Source: Calditrichia bacterium
GTDB lineage: Bacteria; Calditrichota; Calditrichia; JAJRVZ01
DNA length: 64,000 nt
NCBI GenBank assembly: GCA_963777955.1
Contig: CAVZSQ010000021.1
Span: 1 to 64,000 of the forward strand
Reading direction: 5' to 3'
Position numbers and translations under genes: made by a program. Positions 22,359-33,843 of the stretch are shown here, in pieces; positions within the stretch are counted from its first letter, which is position 1; each line of letters starts with the position of its first letter. The notes below the pieces were generated by a model, which was given only the letters and a program-made list of their open reading frames with translations, was not told where the DNA came from and searched no databases.

Positions 22359-22826
22359 TTACTGAATGGGCAGATCCGGGGCCTGGGACATGGAATAACC
22401 ATTAAAGGACGACCGGTTTTCCATGCCAAAAATAATCGTAGCCACGATGGATTTCAGATCATCGACATTGATGGCATCCTTGCCAAAGGCCAGGGCCCGT
22501 TCAACAAACATCTCCACATCGTTATCCTTCATAATACCCAGATCCAGCAGGTGTAAAAGGTAACCGTAGGCCTCGGGGGAAATGATCAGTTGATCTGCAT
22601 CCGCAAAATGATCCATATCATCGCTGAATGAATGCTCCTGATCCCCTTTGCCTGTGATGGGACGTCGTAAATGATTGAAGATCCAGGCAAAAGCCAGATT
22701 AATTTCTGTCTCGGTGTATCCCTTCATTGTCAGAGCATTAGTCAGACTTACCTTATTCTTATAGGCACGCTCGCGGTTCAATTCGCTCAACAGATACACC
22801 AGAATCTCTATGATTCGTTCCTGCAT
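22359..22826 (-). CDS. smg: Smg/DUF494 family protein
   Basis: MQERIIEILVYL...GYTETEINLAFAW...ISPEAYGYLL. Upstream of topA. Confidence 0.85.
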   Translation of the reverse strand: MQERIIEILVYLLSELNRERAYKNKVSLTNALTMKGYTETEINLAFAWIFNHLRRPITGKGDQEHSFSDDMDHFADADQLIISPEAYGYLLHLLDLGIMKDNDVEMFVERALAFGKDAINVDDLKSIVATIIFGMENRSSFNGYSMSQAPDLPIQ

Positions 22827-22931
22827 ACTACTCCTGTGCTTCAATCAAAGTAAGCAAATGGGTTATTAAAATCAAGATGTAACACTTCGGCGGTCAACCA
22901 ATACTAAATTAGATTATTTCTCAGACAAAGG

Positions 22932-22947
22932 TGTGACAAAAATCATA
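22932..22947. promoter_or_regulatory. CRP/FNR-family-like site
   Basis: TGTGA-CAAAAA-TCATA, one mismatch to TGTGA-N6-TCACA. Confidence 0.35.
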
Positions 22948-22984
22948 TAACTGTGGAATTATATTCTGTTAATCAAGTCAGTTT

Positions 22985-23152
22985 ACTTGAGTTCCTGAGT
23001 TCCTTAGTTCCTTAGTACCTTAGTCTCGAGTATTTGATAATAAACATGATTCTATCAATCCAAAAAAAATATTAAATTTACCTATTTTACTCAGGTACTC
23101 AGGTACTCAGGTACTCAGGTACTCAGGAACTCAGGAACTCAGGAACTCAGGT
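22985..23152. repeat. Inverted pair of 8-mer tandem arrays
   Basis: 5 x TCCTKAGT-like units at 22985-23024 and 8 x ACTCAGGW at 23089-23152. Confidence 0.85.
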
Positions 23153-23452
23153 ACTTTGTTCATCCTCACACAACTTCCTCAGATAATCATAAGTATAAAT
23201 CCCGGTATCATGACGGTCGCTCCACTGCAGCGATACGGCATAACGTCCTATCCAGTGCCAGCCCAGCAATTCGAGATCCGGCGGATCGGCGGCGAGTACT
23301 TTAAGCGGATTTTTATTTTCCTTTTCCTGGCGGCAGATCGCACAGGGGCACTGTGCCCGCAGTTTTTTAATGAAACAGGCATACTGTTTACCGTCGTCCC
23401 AGTAAAGAGATATCACCTCTTTGCTCAGTTGTTCAATTTTCAACAGACGCAT
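23147..23452 (-). CDS. DUF971 / GBBH-like N-terminal domain protein
   Basis: LRAQCPCAIC, IGRYAV, WSDRHDTGIYTYDYLR. Confidence 0.88.
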   Translation of the reverse strand: MRLLKIEQLSKEVISLYWDDGKQYACFIKKLRAQCPCAICRQEKENKNPLKVLAADPPDLELLGWHWIGRYAVSLQWSDRHDTGIYTYDYLRKLCEDEQST

Positions 23453-23486
23453 GGGGAGGATCCGTTATGGCTTATTGAATTTTTGC

Positions 23487-24752
23487 TCAGGAGCCTGTCC
23501 GATAAAGGCTTTTCTCAGCCCAGATGGTGCAAAGATTTACAATTGTTTCCACAGCGCGCTGCATATCCTGAACTGAGATCCACTCCTTTTTGCTGTGAAA
23601 ATTATGACCGCCGGCAAAAATATTGGGCGTGGGCAGACCGGCAAAAGATAACCGCGCTCCATCCGTTCCGCCGCGGATGAAAGATTTCTTTGGCTGGATC
23701 CCGGTGCGGCGAACGGCTTCCAGAGCATATTCCACCACCAGCGGATATTTATCCAGGATCTGCCGCATATTGCGGTAGGATTCTTTTATTGTTAAAGTCA
23801 AACTGGCCTGGGGATATTTAGTCTTGAATTTATTGCAAAGCATGTCCAGAAAATTTTCTTTTTCTTTGAGCCCTTCCTCTTCGAAATCCCTGACCAGAAA
23901 GGTAATCACTGTTTGTTCCACCGAACCTTTGACCGAGTGCGGGTGCAGATAGCCTTCACGTCCATCCGTAGTTTCCGGCGACATGCAGTCTTTGGGCAAT
24001 TTGGCAATAAACTCCGAGGCAATTTTTATACCGTTCACCATCCGGTCCCTGGCATAACCGGGATGGACATTGACCCCTTTGATCGTAACGATAGCCGTAT
24101 CGGCACAAAAAGTTTCCATTTCGATCTCGCCGGCAGTTTCACCATCAACGGTATAAGCATATTGCGCACCGAATTTTTTAATATCCAGGTGTTTGGTACC
24201 CTCGCCGACCTCCTCATCCACGGTAAAACCGATCCTGATTTTACCGTGCTGAATGACGGGATTCTCGATCATGTATTGCATGGCACCGATTATTTCCGCT
24301 ATGCCGGCTTTGTCATCAGCGCCCAGTAGAGTCGTACCATCCGTGGTTATAAGGTCATGGCCCAGACAGTCTCTCAGCGCAGGATTGTTACTGAATTCAA
24401 TTACCTGATTTTTATCTTTTCTTAAAACGATATCTCCGCCTTTGTATTTTTTATGAATGACCGGGTTCACATTGGCACCGCTCACTTCAGGGGAAGTATC
24501 CACGTGGCCCATAAAACCGATGGTTGGTACAGGGTGGTTTACGTTGGATAATAAAGTGGCAAAAACGTACCCGTGTTCAGTCATTTCAATTTCATGCAGG
24601 CCCAGTTCCCACAGGTCCTGTACCAGGCGTTTGCATAATTCCAGTTGTTTTAATGTACTGGGATATGTATCGGAATTTTCACTTGATTGCGTATCATATT
24701 TTATATAATCAAGAAAACGATCCAGAAATAGCCTAGATTTAATCGGATTCAT
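23487..24752 (-). CDS. pepT: Peptidase T (tripeptide aminopeptidase, M20B)
   Basis: GHVDTS, TDGTTLLGADDKAG, DEEVG, IRGGTDG, GGHNFHS. Confidence 0.96.
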   Translation of the reverse strand: MNPIKSRLFLDRFLDYIKYDTQSSENSDTYPSTLKQLELCKRLVQDLWELGLHEIEMTEHGYVFATLLSNVNHPVPTIGFMGHVDTSPEVSGANVNPVIHKKYKGGDIVLRKDKNQVIEFSNNPALRDCLGHDLITTDGTTLLGADDKAGIAEIIGAMQYMIENPVIQHGKIRIGFTVDEEVGEGTKHLDIKKFGAQYAYTVDGETAGEIEMETFCADTAIVTIKGVNVHPGYARDRMVNGIKIASEFIAKLPKDCMSPETTDGREGYLHPHSVKGSVEQTVITFLVRDFEEEGLKEKENFLDMLCNKFKTKYPQASLTLTIKESYRNMRQILDKYPLVVEYALEAVRRTGIQPKKSFIRGGTDGARLSFAGLPTPNIFAGGHNFHSKKEWISVQDMQRAVETIVNLCTIWAEKSLYRTGS

Positions 24753-25026
24753 ATTGTTACTCCACCTGTCTTTCTAACCATCAGCACTGCAGTATATCTG
24801 CGGATTTTATCATCTAAAACAAAAACAAGCAAGAATAAAACGCAAGATCGCTTCAAAAGCATAAAATACCCGGTAATAATTCCGAATTTTGACCGAATAT
24901 ACAAAATAAGTGGCTGTTGCAACTAAAATATTTTAGAGATTATTAGCGATTAAATGTATATTTGCTGACCGGAAACATTTTAAGCCTGTGTGTAGTTCTT
25001 ATGGTAATAAAAGTAAGGTCCCGTAC

Positions 25027-27049
25027 ATGATTAAAACATTTATTCTTCTGTCCCTGTTTGCGCTGATTTATCCACTACCAGCGCCGGGTAAAAGTAATGG
25101 TAAAGCAGCGGCGATTACCATCCTGGAACCTGAGGTCCAGCATCGCAAGGTCGCACAGCTGATCACCAGGATTCTGACCCACAGACATTATCTGCAGCGT
25201 ACTGTTGACGATTCACTCTCGGCCACCACCTTCGACAATTATCTGGAAACACTCGATCCAAACCGTCTGTACTTCCTGGAATCGGATATTGAATCTTTTC
25301 AAAAACAGCGTCTGCAGTTCGATGATTATTTTCTGGATGGTTATATGCAGCCGGCCTATGAGATGTTTAATGTCTTCCAGGAACGCTTTGTGCAAAGACT
25401 GAATTATATTTATACCCGGGTGGAACAACCATTCGATTTCAGCAATGATGAATATATGGAACTTGACCGGGACCGCAGTCCCTGGGCCAAATCAACCGAA
25501 GTCTCTGGATGAACTCTGGCGCAAACGGCTGGAAAATGAAGCACTCAATCTGAAACTGGCCGGGAAGGATGATGCGGGAATCATTGAAATATTGAAAAAA
25601 CGCTACCAGAACCAGGAAAAAAATATTCGCCAGTTGCAGAGTGAAGATGTATTTCAATTCATTGAAAATGTGTTTTGTGAATCATTTGATCCGCACACCA
25701 ATTATTTTTCACCGAAAAATTTTGATAATTTTAAAATCCAGTTGAATCAGGAGTTTGAAGGGATCGGAGCACGATTATCCACCGATGACGATTATACAGT
25801 TGTTTCCGAGATCATCGTCGGCGGTCCGGCCGATAAAAGCGCTCAACTGCATGTCAACGACCGTATCACCGGGGTCGGGCAGGGACAGGACGGTAATATG
25901 GTCGAAGTTATCGGCTGGCGTCTGGACGATGTGGTACAATTAATCCGCGGCCCGAAACAGACCCTTGTCCGCCTGGAATTACTAAGGGCCGGATCTGCTG
26001 CCGACGCTTCTGCCGATACAATTTCACTGATACGTGAAAAAATAAAACTGGAAGATCAATCGCCCCGCGGCGAATTGATGGAAGTCGAGCATGAAGGAAA
26101 AAAATATAATATTGCCCTGATTGACATTCCGACTTTTTATTCTAACTACGATGCTTTCCGCAGCAAAGATCCGAATTTTAACAGCACTACCCGGGATGTT
26201 CGCAGAATTCTGCAGGATTTCAATCCCGCTAAACTGGATGGTGTCATCCTGGATCTGCGCGGAAACGGCGGAGGTTATCTCAATGAAGCCGTGGATTTAA
26301 CCGGATTATTCATAGAAAAGGGGCCGGTGGTACAGGTGCGTAATAGTACCGGCCGGCTCAATGTTGAATGGGATAATGATGAACAGGAGTTGTACAAAGG
26401 TCCCCTGGTTGTTATTGTTGACCGCTTGAGCGCTTCGGCCTCGGAGATATTTGCCGCGGCTATTCAGGATTATCGCCGTGGTATCGTGATCGGCAGTCAG
26501 ACTTTTGGCAAAGGCACTGTTCAAAATCCGGTCGACCTGAATCAGTTCCTGCCCGATCTGCCCAAAAGGGCCGGCCAGATAAAACTGACCGTATCGAAAT
26601 TTTACCGGATCAATGGCGGCAGTACCCAGAATCTCGGGGTGATTCCCGATATCACCTTTCCTTCCCGGTTCACCCTGATGGACATCGGCGAGAGTGCCAG
26701 CGGCCGCGCCCTGATGTGGGATAAAATTGAACCGCTGAAGTATGATACCTTGAGTACGCTCTCTAAAATCTTTCCGCTGATTAAAACCCGCTCGGGAGTG
26801 CGCCTGTCCAAAAACCGGGAGTATGGCGATTTGCTCAAATCCATGGATGAACTCAAGGTACGCTCCGAACAAAAGGAAATTTCGCTGCAGGAAGAAAAAC
26901 GCCGCCAGGAACGGGCCAAAGAACCGGATCCGGATGATCCAGCCGTACCCGGGCAGGCTGCCAAAGACAGTACCGGGCAAAAGTTGAAGAAAGACCTGGT
27001 GGTACTGGAAAGCTCACATATACTTGGGAGATTACATCCAGTTAGCTAA
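25027..27049 (+). CDS. prc: Carboxy-terminal processing protease (S41A, Tsp/Prc); frameshift near 25500
   Basis: LDPNRLYFL, FDPHTNYF, PDZ, DLRGNGGG, SASASEI, TFGKGTVQ. Confidence 0.92.
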
Positions 27050-27117
27050 AAAGATACATTAATGTCCGGATGAAATTAAATTCAGACGGATCTTTGAACG
27101 GCGGCAATTGATCTTTA

Positions 27118-28128
27118 TTAATTGCTTGCCGGGGTTGGATTCTGCTTCCGGAATTGTTCTAAATCGGATTCGACCTGATTCAGGAAATTCTCATCATATA
27201 ATTTACCGATCAGCATCCGCCGGGCCGCTTTACCAGCCTGATAATACTTCTCTATCTCTGCTTTATCTTTAACCTGGGTAAACTGAATACCATTCTTTTT
27301 GATAATATCCAGCGATTGAAGATTATTTTCCCGGCTTAATTTCGTTAATTTACCAAAATATTCAGCGGACAAGTTTCTTAAAATCTGCTTTTGTTGATTG
27401 TCCAGTTTATCGAACTGACTCTTAACCAGTAAAACAGCGCCATTGGAATTGGCCAGAGGCAGATCCAGCATATATTTCACTTTGGTATTCCACTGCAGCG
27501 CTATGCAGGCTAAGGGAGAAATATATACTCCATTGATCAGATTGGTTTGCAGCGAGGTCATTACATCGGTAATCGAAAGCGGGATAGGATTGATATTGAT
27601 CGATTTAAAAGTAGCTTCAGCGATGGGATCCCCTTCCCACATCCACATTTTTACTCCGCTCATATCCTGCACACCATATATCGGCTTATTTGTAAAGATG
27701 TATACAAAACCCACTTCGACCCAGCCCAGCAGAATGAAACCCTTTTCTTCAAATTTGGCAGCGAAGTAATCAAACAGTTTGGATGAAATATGATCGACTT
27801 CGGCCTGGGAACGAAACAGGAAGGGTGAATCCAGGATACGCACCTCGGGCAATACTTCACCCAGGGCCACGCCAGTAACACCCGCACTGTGATATTGTCC
27901 GATCCTGATCTTGCGCAATACTACAGGCTCATCACCTGCCTGTCCGCCGGGGTACAGTTTAAACTTTACCTGACCGCCGGTCTGGGTATTTACCGCCTGC
28001 GAGAATTCTGTCATTACATTCATCCAGGTTGAACCTTCCGGCGCCACGGTGGCAAATTTAATTATGGTTTGAGCAAACACCATTCCGGTCAGTAATGTCC
28101 AGATCAGTATCGATATAAAAAACCGCAT
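27118..28128 (-). CDS. dctP: TRAP transporter substrate-binding protein (DctP/TatP)
   Basis: IKFATVAPEGSTW, GDEPVVLRKIRIGQ. Confidence 0.88.
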   Translation of the reverse strand: MRFFISILIWTLLTGMVFAQTIIKFATVAPEGSTWMNVMTEFSQAVNTQTGGQVKFKLYPGGQAGDEPVVLRKIRIGQYHSAGVTGVALGEVLPEVRILDSPFLFRSQAEVDHISSKLFDYFAAKFEEKGFILLGWVEVGFVYIFTNKPIYGVQDMSGVKMWMWEGDPIAEATFKSININPIPLSITDVMTSLQTNLINGVYISPLACIALQWNTKVKYMLDLPLANSNGAVLLVKSQFDKLDNQQKQILRNLSAEYFGKLTKLSRENNLQSLDIIKKNGIQFTQVKDKAEIEKYYQAGKAARRMLIGKLYDENFLNQVESDLEQFRKQNPTPASN

Positions 28129-28274
28129 TTATCCTCCGTTTTTCTTGTTATAGATATGCCCGGCAATTACTACCCACCCCTTGTATCCCCTTCATCGGGA
28201 ATGACATCCAGGGTCAGTCCGCGCGGAAAAGGGACCTGGTTTGAACTAATACAAGCGGGAATCTGGCTGCTTTC

Positions 28275-29171
28275 TCAGAATATATCCTCTTTCTTACTCA
28301 GCAATCCCTGTGCTTTTTCTTTGGCAATGACATTCAATAAGCGGTATTCCGGTAAAACATCAACCGGCGTGGTCATTACTTTATCTATCAATCGATCAAA
28401 AAGTTCCTCATCCAGGGTTTTAATGGCATAATATTTTGCATAATAAATATATGATAATAAAAAAGTACCCTTGGTAATCTGCAGATTTTTCTCAAAGAAC
28501 TCCTTGGCTTTTTCCGGATCACCGCCAAACATTTTTGGCTTTACTCCCCAGATACTGCCAAAGAACAATAGAGTGGCACCATGAAAATATGTCTGATCCA
28601 GATCCAAAACCCGCTGCATGATGATCTGAATTTTCGGCAAATCAGCGAAGGCCTGCGGATCATTCAAACTCAGATTAATCCAGCCGGCCCAGGAGAAACC
28701 AGTCCAGAATAATAACGGTATATCCTTCTTTTTGAAATTTTGCACGGCCAGTTGCAGTTCTTCCACCGGGCCATTCAAGGCGGCAGCAAACTGCTGATTC
28801 TGTTTCAGGATGGTCATCCCCAGATCACGGGCCCGTAAATAAAATACCCTGGCTCGTTCTGGACTTGAGTCTTCGGCAAAACCCAGCGCGTATCCGGTCA
28901 AAGCCTGGGTCGTCAGCAGCACCAGTTTGGGATTTTGCGGGTCCCCTTTGACCATTCCTTCCAGCAGAATGATATTAGAGGCCAGGGCTTGTTCCGCCAG
29001 CCGCAGGTCTGTTTCCTCATATAATGCCAGAGCTCCATAATCCAGCAGCCGGCTGCTCTGGCGGATTACCAGTTTATTTAAACTGCAGGAGGATAAAAGC
29101 ACAGTCATTAGAAACAGTGACAGATAAATACGCATCGGATTCATGCTCCTATTTTCAATCAAGCCGCTCAA
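28275..29171 (-). CDS. TRAP transporter TatT component (TPR lipoprotein)
   Basis: LSSC lipobox, ETDLRLAEQAL, FGGDPEKAKEFFEK, NVIAKEKA. Adjacent to dctP. Confidence 0.85.
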   Translation of the reverse strand: MSGLIENRSMNPMRIYLSLFLMTVLLSSCSLNKLVIRQSSRLLDYGALALYEETDLRLAEQALASNIILLEGMVKGDPQNPKLVLLTTQALTGYALGFAEDSSPERARVFYLRARDLGMTILKQNQQFAAALNGPVEELQLAVQNFKKKDIPLLFWTGFSWAGWINLSLNDPQAFADLPKIQIIMQRVLDLDQTYFHGATLLFFGSIWGVKPKMFGGDPEKAKEFFEKNLQITKGTFLLSYIYYAKYYAIKTLDEELFDRLIDKVMTTPVDVLPEYRLLNVIAKEKAQGLLSKKEDIF

Positions 29172-30637
29172 TCCTGATTCCCGGTATCTTTATCCAGTGT
29201 GATATAAATCGAACCGACAACAATCGTGAACTTACCCTGCAAGGGCAGATAAGAATCCTGAGGCATAAACCACCCCCAGGCATCGCCGTTCATGCCGGCT
29301 ACTCCTTCAAAATCGGCCCGGGCAAAGATTTTCACGGTCTCAACTTCCTGTTCACCTAAGGTTATTTTCTCTTTTTCATTCAGGTAGGTGATATAACCGA
29401 ACTTGTATTCTTCATCGATGACCACCGTGATAATACCGTTGCTATTATTGGAAACAACGCCGCGGGCAAAGTATAGAATAGAGGTACTGTCCTGGGCCCG
29501 GCGCGGCAGGTGTTTTTCCACAAAATGATAGCGGCCATCCTCAAAAATGATAAAGGCATAAAATTTTCCATGATCGTAATCAAACCAATAACTACGCACC
29601 AGATAATCATCACCTCCGGGTGTATACAGACGTGAATGGATGGCATTCATCGTCTGGACATCGATGTACGATTCATAGATATGATGCAAAGATAATAGAA
29701 AATCAAGACCGGGATTTGAATTCACAGAAAAAGTGACCGGATAAGCCAGTTTATCCAGTACAGTTTCTACCGGCCGCATGCGCACCTTTACCCAGCCCAG
29801 GTTCATAAAACTGTAGGTTACTTTATAATCCACGGATTCACCGGGCTGGATGGTGAATTTATAAGTAGGTAGCGGGGCCGGAGCCGGAATATTTTTAATA
29901 TTATAGACCAGGGCCAGAGTATCCTTATAAGCCATTAATTCCGGCGAATTAGGATATTCGCGCAGGATCTGCAGTAATATTTCACCGGCTGTTTTATCAT
30001 CCCCCATGGCCCGGAAAATATTAGCACGCTCGATCATCACCGTACTTTCCGGATTATTGGCCAGTTGTTTGGCCAGCAGACCTGCGGCTTGTTTATATTT
30101 TTTTTGCAGCCGGTAAATATTGGCCAGCCCTACCCGGACTTCAATTTTATTTTCATAATCGTCCAGCAGGTCTTCAAATACTTCCTGGGCCTGATCCAGC
30201 CGCCCCGATTTTTGCAGCACCCGGCCATATTCCAGGCGCAGGAAATAATTGTCTTCGTCCCGCTCCAGGCCATCTTCGAGTTGCACGCGGGCACCGGCCA
30301 GGTTATCTGTTTCTTCCATCATTTTGGCCAGGATATGATAGGGATAGACAAAATCCGGTTTGAGTTCAAGGCTCTTACGCAGATAAGTTTGCGCCTTGCC
30401 GAAGTCATGATCCAGGTAATACAGATACCCGGCATTATAAAAATCAATATGGCTGCTGGAGCCTGATCCCGTCTTTTGCAGCAACAGTTTCAGCGCTTTA
30501 TTGCTGTCCCGGTCCAGCCAGGCTTCTTTTTCCTCGCTGAGACGAACCGGTTCACTGAGTACCTGGCCCTGGACCGAAACCGCCAGAATGATCAGAAATA
30601 AGTATAATTTATTCAAGGTGATGATCCTGCCTGTCAT
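29168..30637 (-). CDS. TPR repeat + DUF3108-like exported protein
   Basis: N-terminal TPRs. C-terminal [16 protein letters not shown]...[11 protein letters not shown]. Confidence 0.7.
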   Translation of the reverse strand: MTGRIITLNKLYLFLIILAVSVQGQVLSEPVRLSEEKEAWLDRDSNKALKLLLQKTGSGSSSHIDFYNAGYLYYLDHDFGKAQTYLRKSLELKPDFVYPYHILAKMMEETDNLAGARVQLEDGLERDEDNYFLRLEYGRVLQKSGRLDQAQEVFEDLLDDYENKIEVRVGLANIYRLQKKYKQAAGLLAKQLANNPESTVMIERANIFRAMGDDKTAGEILLQILREYPNSPELMAYKDTLALVYNIKNIPAPAPLPTYKFTIQPGESVDYKVTYSFMNLGWVKVRMRPVETVLDKLAYPVTFSVNSNPGLDFLLSLHHIYESYIDVQTMNAIHSRLYTPGGDDYLVRSYWFDYDHGKFYAFIIFEDGRYHFVEKHLPRRAQDSTSILYFARGVVSNNSNGIITVVIDEEYKFGYITYLNEKEKITLGEQEVETVKIFARADFEGVAGMNGDAWGWFMPQDSYLPLQGKFTIVVGSIYITLDKDTGNQD

Positions 30638-31392
30638 TTATCGGTTTTCGACTGCATGGCTTTAATAAATGGTGCAAACAGATCGATGGGTACCGGAAAA
30701 ATAGTAGTGGAATTATTTTCTGACGCAACTTCGCGTAAAGTTTGCAGGAAACGTAATTGCAAAGCTGTCGGATGCTGATCTATAATTGCAGCGGCATCAG
30801 ACAGTTTTTGGGCAGCCTGAAATTCACCTTCAGAATTAATTACCTTGGCTCTGCGTTCACGCTCTGCTTCAGCCTGTTTGGCCATGGCCCGTTTCATTTC
30901 GACCGGCAGATCGATATGTTTAACTTCAACCAGTGATACTTTGATGCCCCAGGGATCGGATTGCTTGTCAATAATTAGTTGCAGTTCACGGTTGATTTTA
31001 TCCCGTTCGGCCAGCAGTTCGTCCAGTTCGATCTGTCCGACAATACTGCGCAGTGTGGTCTGGGCTAACTGCGAGGTGGCAAACAGGTAGTTTTCAACAT
31101 CCACCACGGCCTTTTCAGGATTGATGATCCGGAAATAAATTACGGCATTGACCTGCACCGAAACGTTATCCTTGGTGATGACGTCCTGCGGCGGCACATC
31201 CATGACCACGGTGCGCAGGCTGGTCTTGACCATCTTATCGATTCCCGGGATCAGCAGGATCAAACCGGGACCTTTAGCGCCGATCAATCTGCCCAGACGG
31301 AAAATTACGCCCCGCTCGTATTCGCGCAGAATGCGGATGGCGCTGAAAAGAATGATCAGAACAAAAACCAGAATACTTGTAAGGTAAGGCAT
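30634..31392 (-). CDS. SPFH/stomatin-like (slipin) protein
   Basis: [38 protein letters not shown]. Confidence 0.95.
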   Translation of the reverse strand: MPYLTSILVFVLIILFSAIRILREYERGVIFRLGRLIGAKGPGLILLIPGIDKMVKTSLRTVVMDVPPQDVITKDNVSVQVNAVIYFRIINPEKAVVDVENYLFATSQLAQTTLRSIVGQIELDELLAERDKINRELQLIIDKQSDPWGIKVSLVEVKHIDLPVEMKRAMAKQAEAERERRAKVINSEGEFQAAQKLSDAAAIIDQHPTALQLRFLQTLREVASENNSTTIFPVPIDLFAPFIKAMQSKTDK

Positions 31393-31407
31393 ATTACCCC
31401 CTTAATA

Positions 31408-32688
31408 TCATTTGATTGGTTTAACTTTAATTTTCAAACGTTCTTTATCTATTTGTTCGACTTTCACAGCTTGTCCCTTGGTGATGGGTTCTTCGGCACT
31501 GGCATTCCAGATCTCCCCATGCACTTCAACCGACCCATCCGGATTAAGGTCGGTAAGTGCTACTCCCTCTTCACCGACCAGACCCTCCTTGCCCGTCGTA
31601 GGTCTGCGGCGATGTGCTTTATAGACCAGGCCGATAGCCAGCACAAAAAACAGGGTGATAGTCATGGTAGCTCCGGCAATGACCTTCCAACTGATCTGCA
31701 AAAAAGATATATCTGTTTCAATTAACATAAGTGATCCCATTACGAAAGATATTATACCACCGATGGTTAAAATTCCATAACTGGCAATTTTTATTTCCAA
31801 TAAGAATAAAATAACAGCAAATATTATCAGCAGCACACCGGCATAATTTACCGGCAAAGTCTGCATTGAATATAAAGCCATAACCAGGCAAATACCTCCA
31901 ATAACACCTGGTAACACGGCACCCGGATTATATAATTCAAAGGCGATACCCGACATGGCAATCATCATCAGAATATAGGCCACATTCGGATTACTGAGAA
32001 TATCGAGTACCCTCTGCCGCCAGCTCATCTGGAAGTCTTCGATCCGGGCATGACTGGTATGCAGTACTTTTTTCCCGCTCAACACTTCGACTTCGCGGCC
32101 ATCAACGACTTTCAACAAACTATCGATATCAGGTACAACGTAATCAATCACTTTTTGTTGCAGGGCTTCGGTTTCTGTTATATTAACGCTTTCACGTACA
32201 GCCTTCTCTGCCCAATCAGCATTACGTCCGCGCTTTTCGGCGACTGATTTAATGCTGGCGACCGCATCATTCACGATTTTTTCAGTCATCACCCTGGAAG
32301 AGTCTGAACCTCCGCCAAGATTAACCGGATGGGCCGAACCGATATTGGTACCGGGTGCCATGGCGGCAATATGCGCAGCCATGGTAATGAATACACCTGC
32401 CGAAGCGGCACGGGATCCGGAAGGGGAGACATAAACTGCAACCGGTACCTCCGCACCGAGGATCCGTTTAACAATATCATGCATCGAATCCATCAGGCCA
32501 CCCGGTGTATCCATTTCTATTATCAATAATTCGGCGCCATCATTTTCCGCCTGCCCGATGGATTCTAGTATAAACTCCCGGGCTACCGGGTTGATCACAC
32601 CGTCGATCTTAATCTGATGAACAACTTTATCCTGTGCCCAGCATAAAGCTGATCCCAACAGCAATAAACCGATAATTTTTCTAGTCAT
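31408..32688 (-). CDS. nfeD: NfeD membrane-bound serine protease
   Basis: DTPGG, AASAG, GSAHPV, TM region, C-terminal OB fold (VHGEIW). Confidence 0.93.
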   Translation of the reverse strand: MTRKIIGLLLLGSALCWAQDKVVHQIKIDGVINPVAREFILESIGQAENDGAELLIIEMDTPGGLMDSMHDIVKRILGAEVPVAVYVSPSGSRAASAGVFITMAAHIAAMAPGTNIGSAHPVNLGGGSDSSRVMTEKIVNDAVASIKSVAEKRGRNADWAEKAVRESVNITETEALQQKVIDYVVPDIDSLLKVVDGREVEVLSGKKVLHTSHARIEDFQMSWRQRVLDILSNPNVAYILMMIAMSGIAFELYNPGAVLPGVIGGICLVMALYSMQTLPVNYAGVLLIIFAVILFLLEIKIASYGILTIGGIISFVMGSLMLIETDISFLQISWKVIAGATMTITLFFVLAIGLVYKAHRRRPTTGKEGLVGEEGVALTDLNPDGSVEVHGEIWNASAEEPITKGQAVKVEQIDKERLKIKVKPIK

Positions 32689-32758
32689 ATGTTAATTTTT
32701 CAACTTTATTTTAGTCCAAAAAATTATATTACTGCAGTGTTAAAGTCAAGTTAATTAT

Positions 32759-32877
32759 AGATCCCGGGTCAAGCCCGGGATGACCTAACAGAGATTGATT
32801 CGTCCAGACCTTGAAGGACTTGCAAAGACTAATCACTTTCACTAAGTGCCTCAGTGCCAGAGTGCCTAAGTGCCTTT
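32759..32877. repeat. REP-like hairpin plus GTGCCTCA array
   Basis: GATCCCGGGTCAAGCCCGGGATGAC and AGTGCCTCAGTGCCAGAGTGCCTAAGTGCC. Confidence 0.6.
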
Positions 32878-32887
32878 TCTTTAGCCT

Positions 32888-33676
32888 TTACATTATCGCA
32901 TTCACCCTCCCCCCGTCAATCTGAATAGTATTGCCGGTCAGGTAACCGGCCTGATCCGAGCATAAAAAAGTTACCAGCGCTGCTAATTCAGAGGGTTCAC
33001 CGATACGCCGCAGCGGTGTACTCTGCTCCCATTGGGCATATATATCCGCCTGCCGTTCTCCCTGTTCCATTCTTTTCTTTACTATCCGCTCCAGACCATC
33101 GGTACGGTGATAGCCGGGCGCAATATTATGCACCGTGATACCGTGCGGACCGACCTCTTTGGATAAAGATTTGGCTAAACCGATTACCGCAGGACGCAGG
33201 GCATTGGAGTAAACCAGGTTCATGATCGGCTCTTTTACCGACATGGAAGTAATATTGATGATCCGGCCCCGGTTTTGTTTTTTCATCGATGGCAGCACAG
33301 CTTTGATAGCCCAGACCACACTCATAAATGTTATTCTGAAATACTTTTCCCACTCCTGATCCACCGTCTCCTCAAAATTCTTCACCGGCGGTCCGCCGGC
33401 ATTGGTCACCAGGATATCGACTTTTTGCCATTTAGCCAGGACGTCCGCTATGAACGAATCAATCTGATCCTTGAACTCTACATCCACCCGGCCGGGCAGA
33501 ACTTCCACACCGGTCGACTTTTTAATTTCATCAGCCGCCTGCCGAATTTGCTGTACATCGCGGGAACAGATAGCAACTTTACACCCCTCCCTGGCCAGGG
33601 CCAGTGCACAGGCCTTGCCAAATCCTTTACTGGCTGCCAGCACAACGGCTACTCTCTGCTGAAGTCCTAATTCCAT
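32888..33676 (-). CDS. SDR family oxidoreductase
   Basis: AASKGFG, TNAGGP, atypical SNALR active-site motif. Confidence 0.9.
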   Translation of the reverse strand: MELGLQQRVAVVLAASKGFGKACALALAREGCKVAICSRDVQQIRQAADEIKKSTGVEVLPGRVDVEFKDQIDSFIADVLAKWQKVDILVTNAGGPPVKNFEETVDQEWEKYFRITFMSVVWAIKAVLPSMKKQNRGRIINITSMSVKEPIMNLVYSNALRPAVIGLAKSLSKEVGPHGITVHNIAPGYHRTDGLERIVKKRMEQGERQADIYAQWEQSTPLRRIGEPSELAALVTFLCSDQAGYLTGNTIQIDGGRVNAIM

Positions 33677-33787
33677 ATGCTTTCTCCTTTGATCATATTT
33701 AATACTTTAAAAAATTGATGTCACGCTTGATCAGCGCTGCGGGAGTACTTCGCTCTAAACTGCCTTTTTACAATTTCTGCGCTTATA

Positions 33788-33816
33788 TTGACATATCCTC
33801 ACTATTTTAATAGATT
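33788..33816 (+). promoter_or_regulatory. Sigma-70 promoter of the K+ channel operon
   Basis: TTGACA-17-TAGATT. Confidence 0.6.
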
Positions 33817-33843
33817 TAAACAATACAATTCAAAAATATCTCC

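Noticed and set aside
23089..23152. Possible CRISPR array
   Set aside because: Contiguous 8-mers with no unique spacers, and no cas genes in the window.
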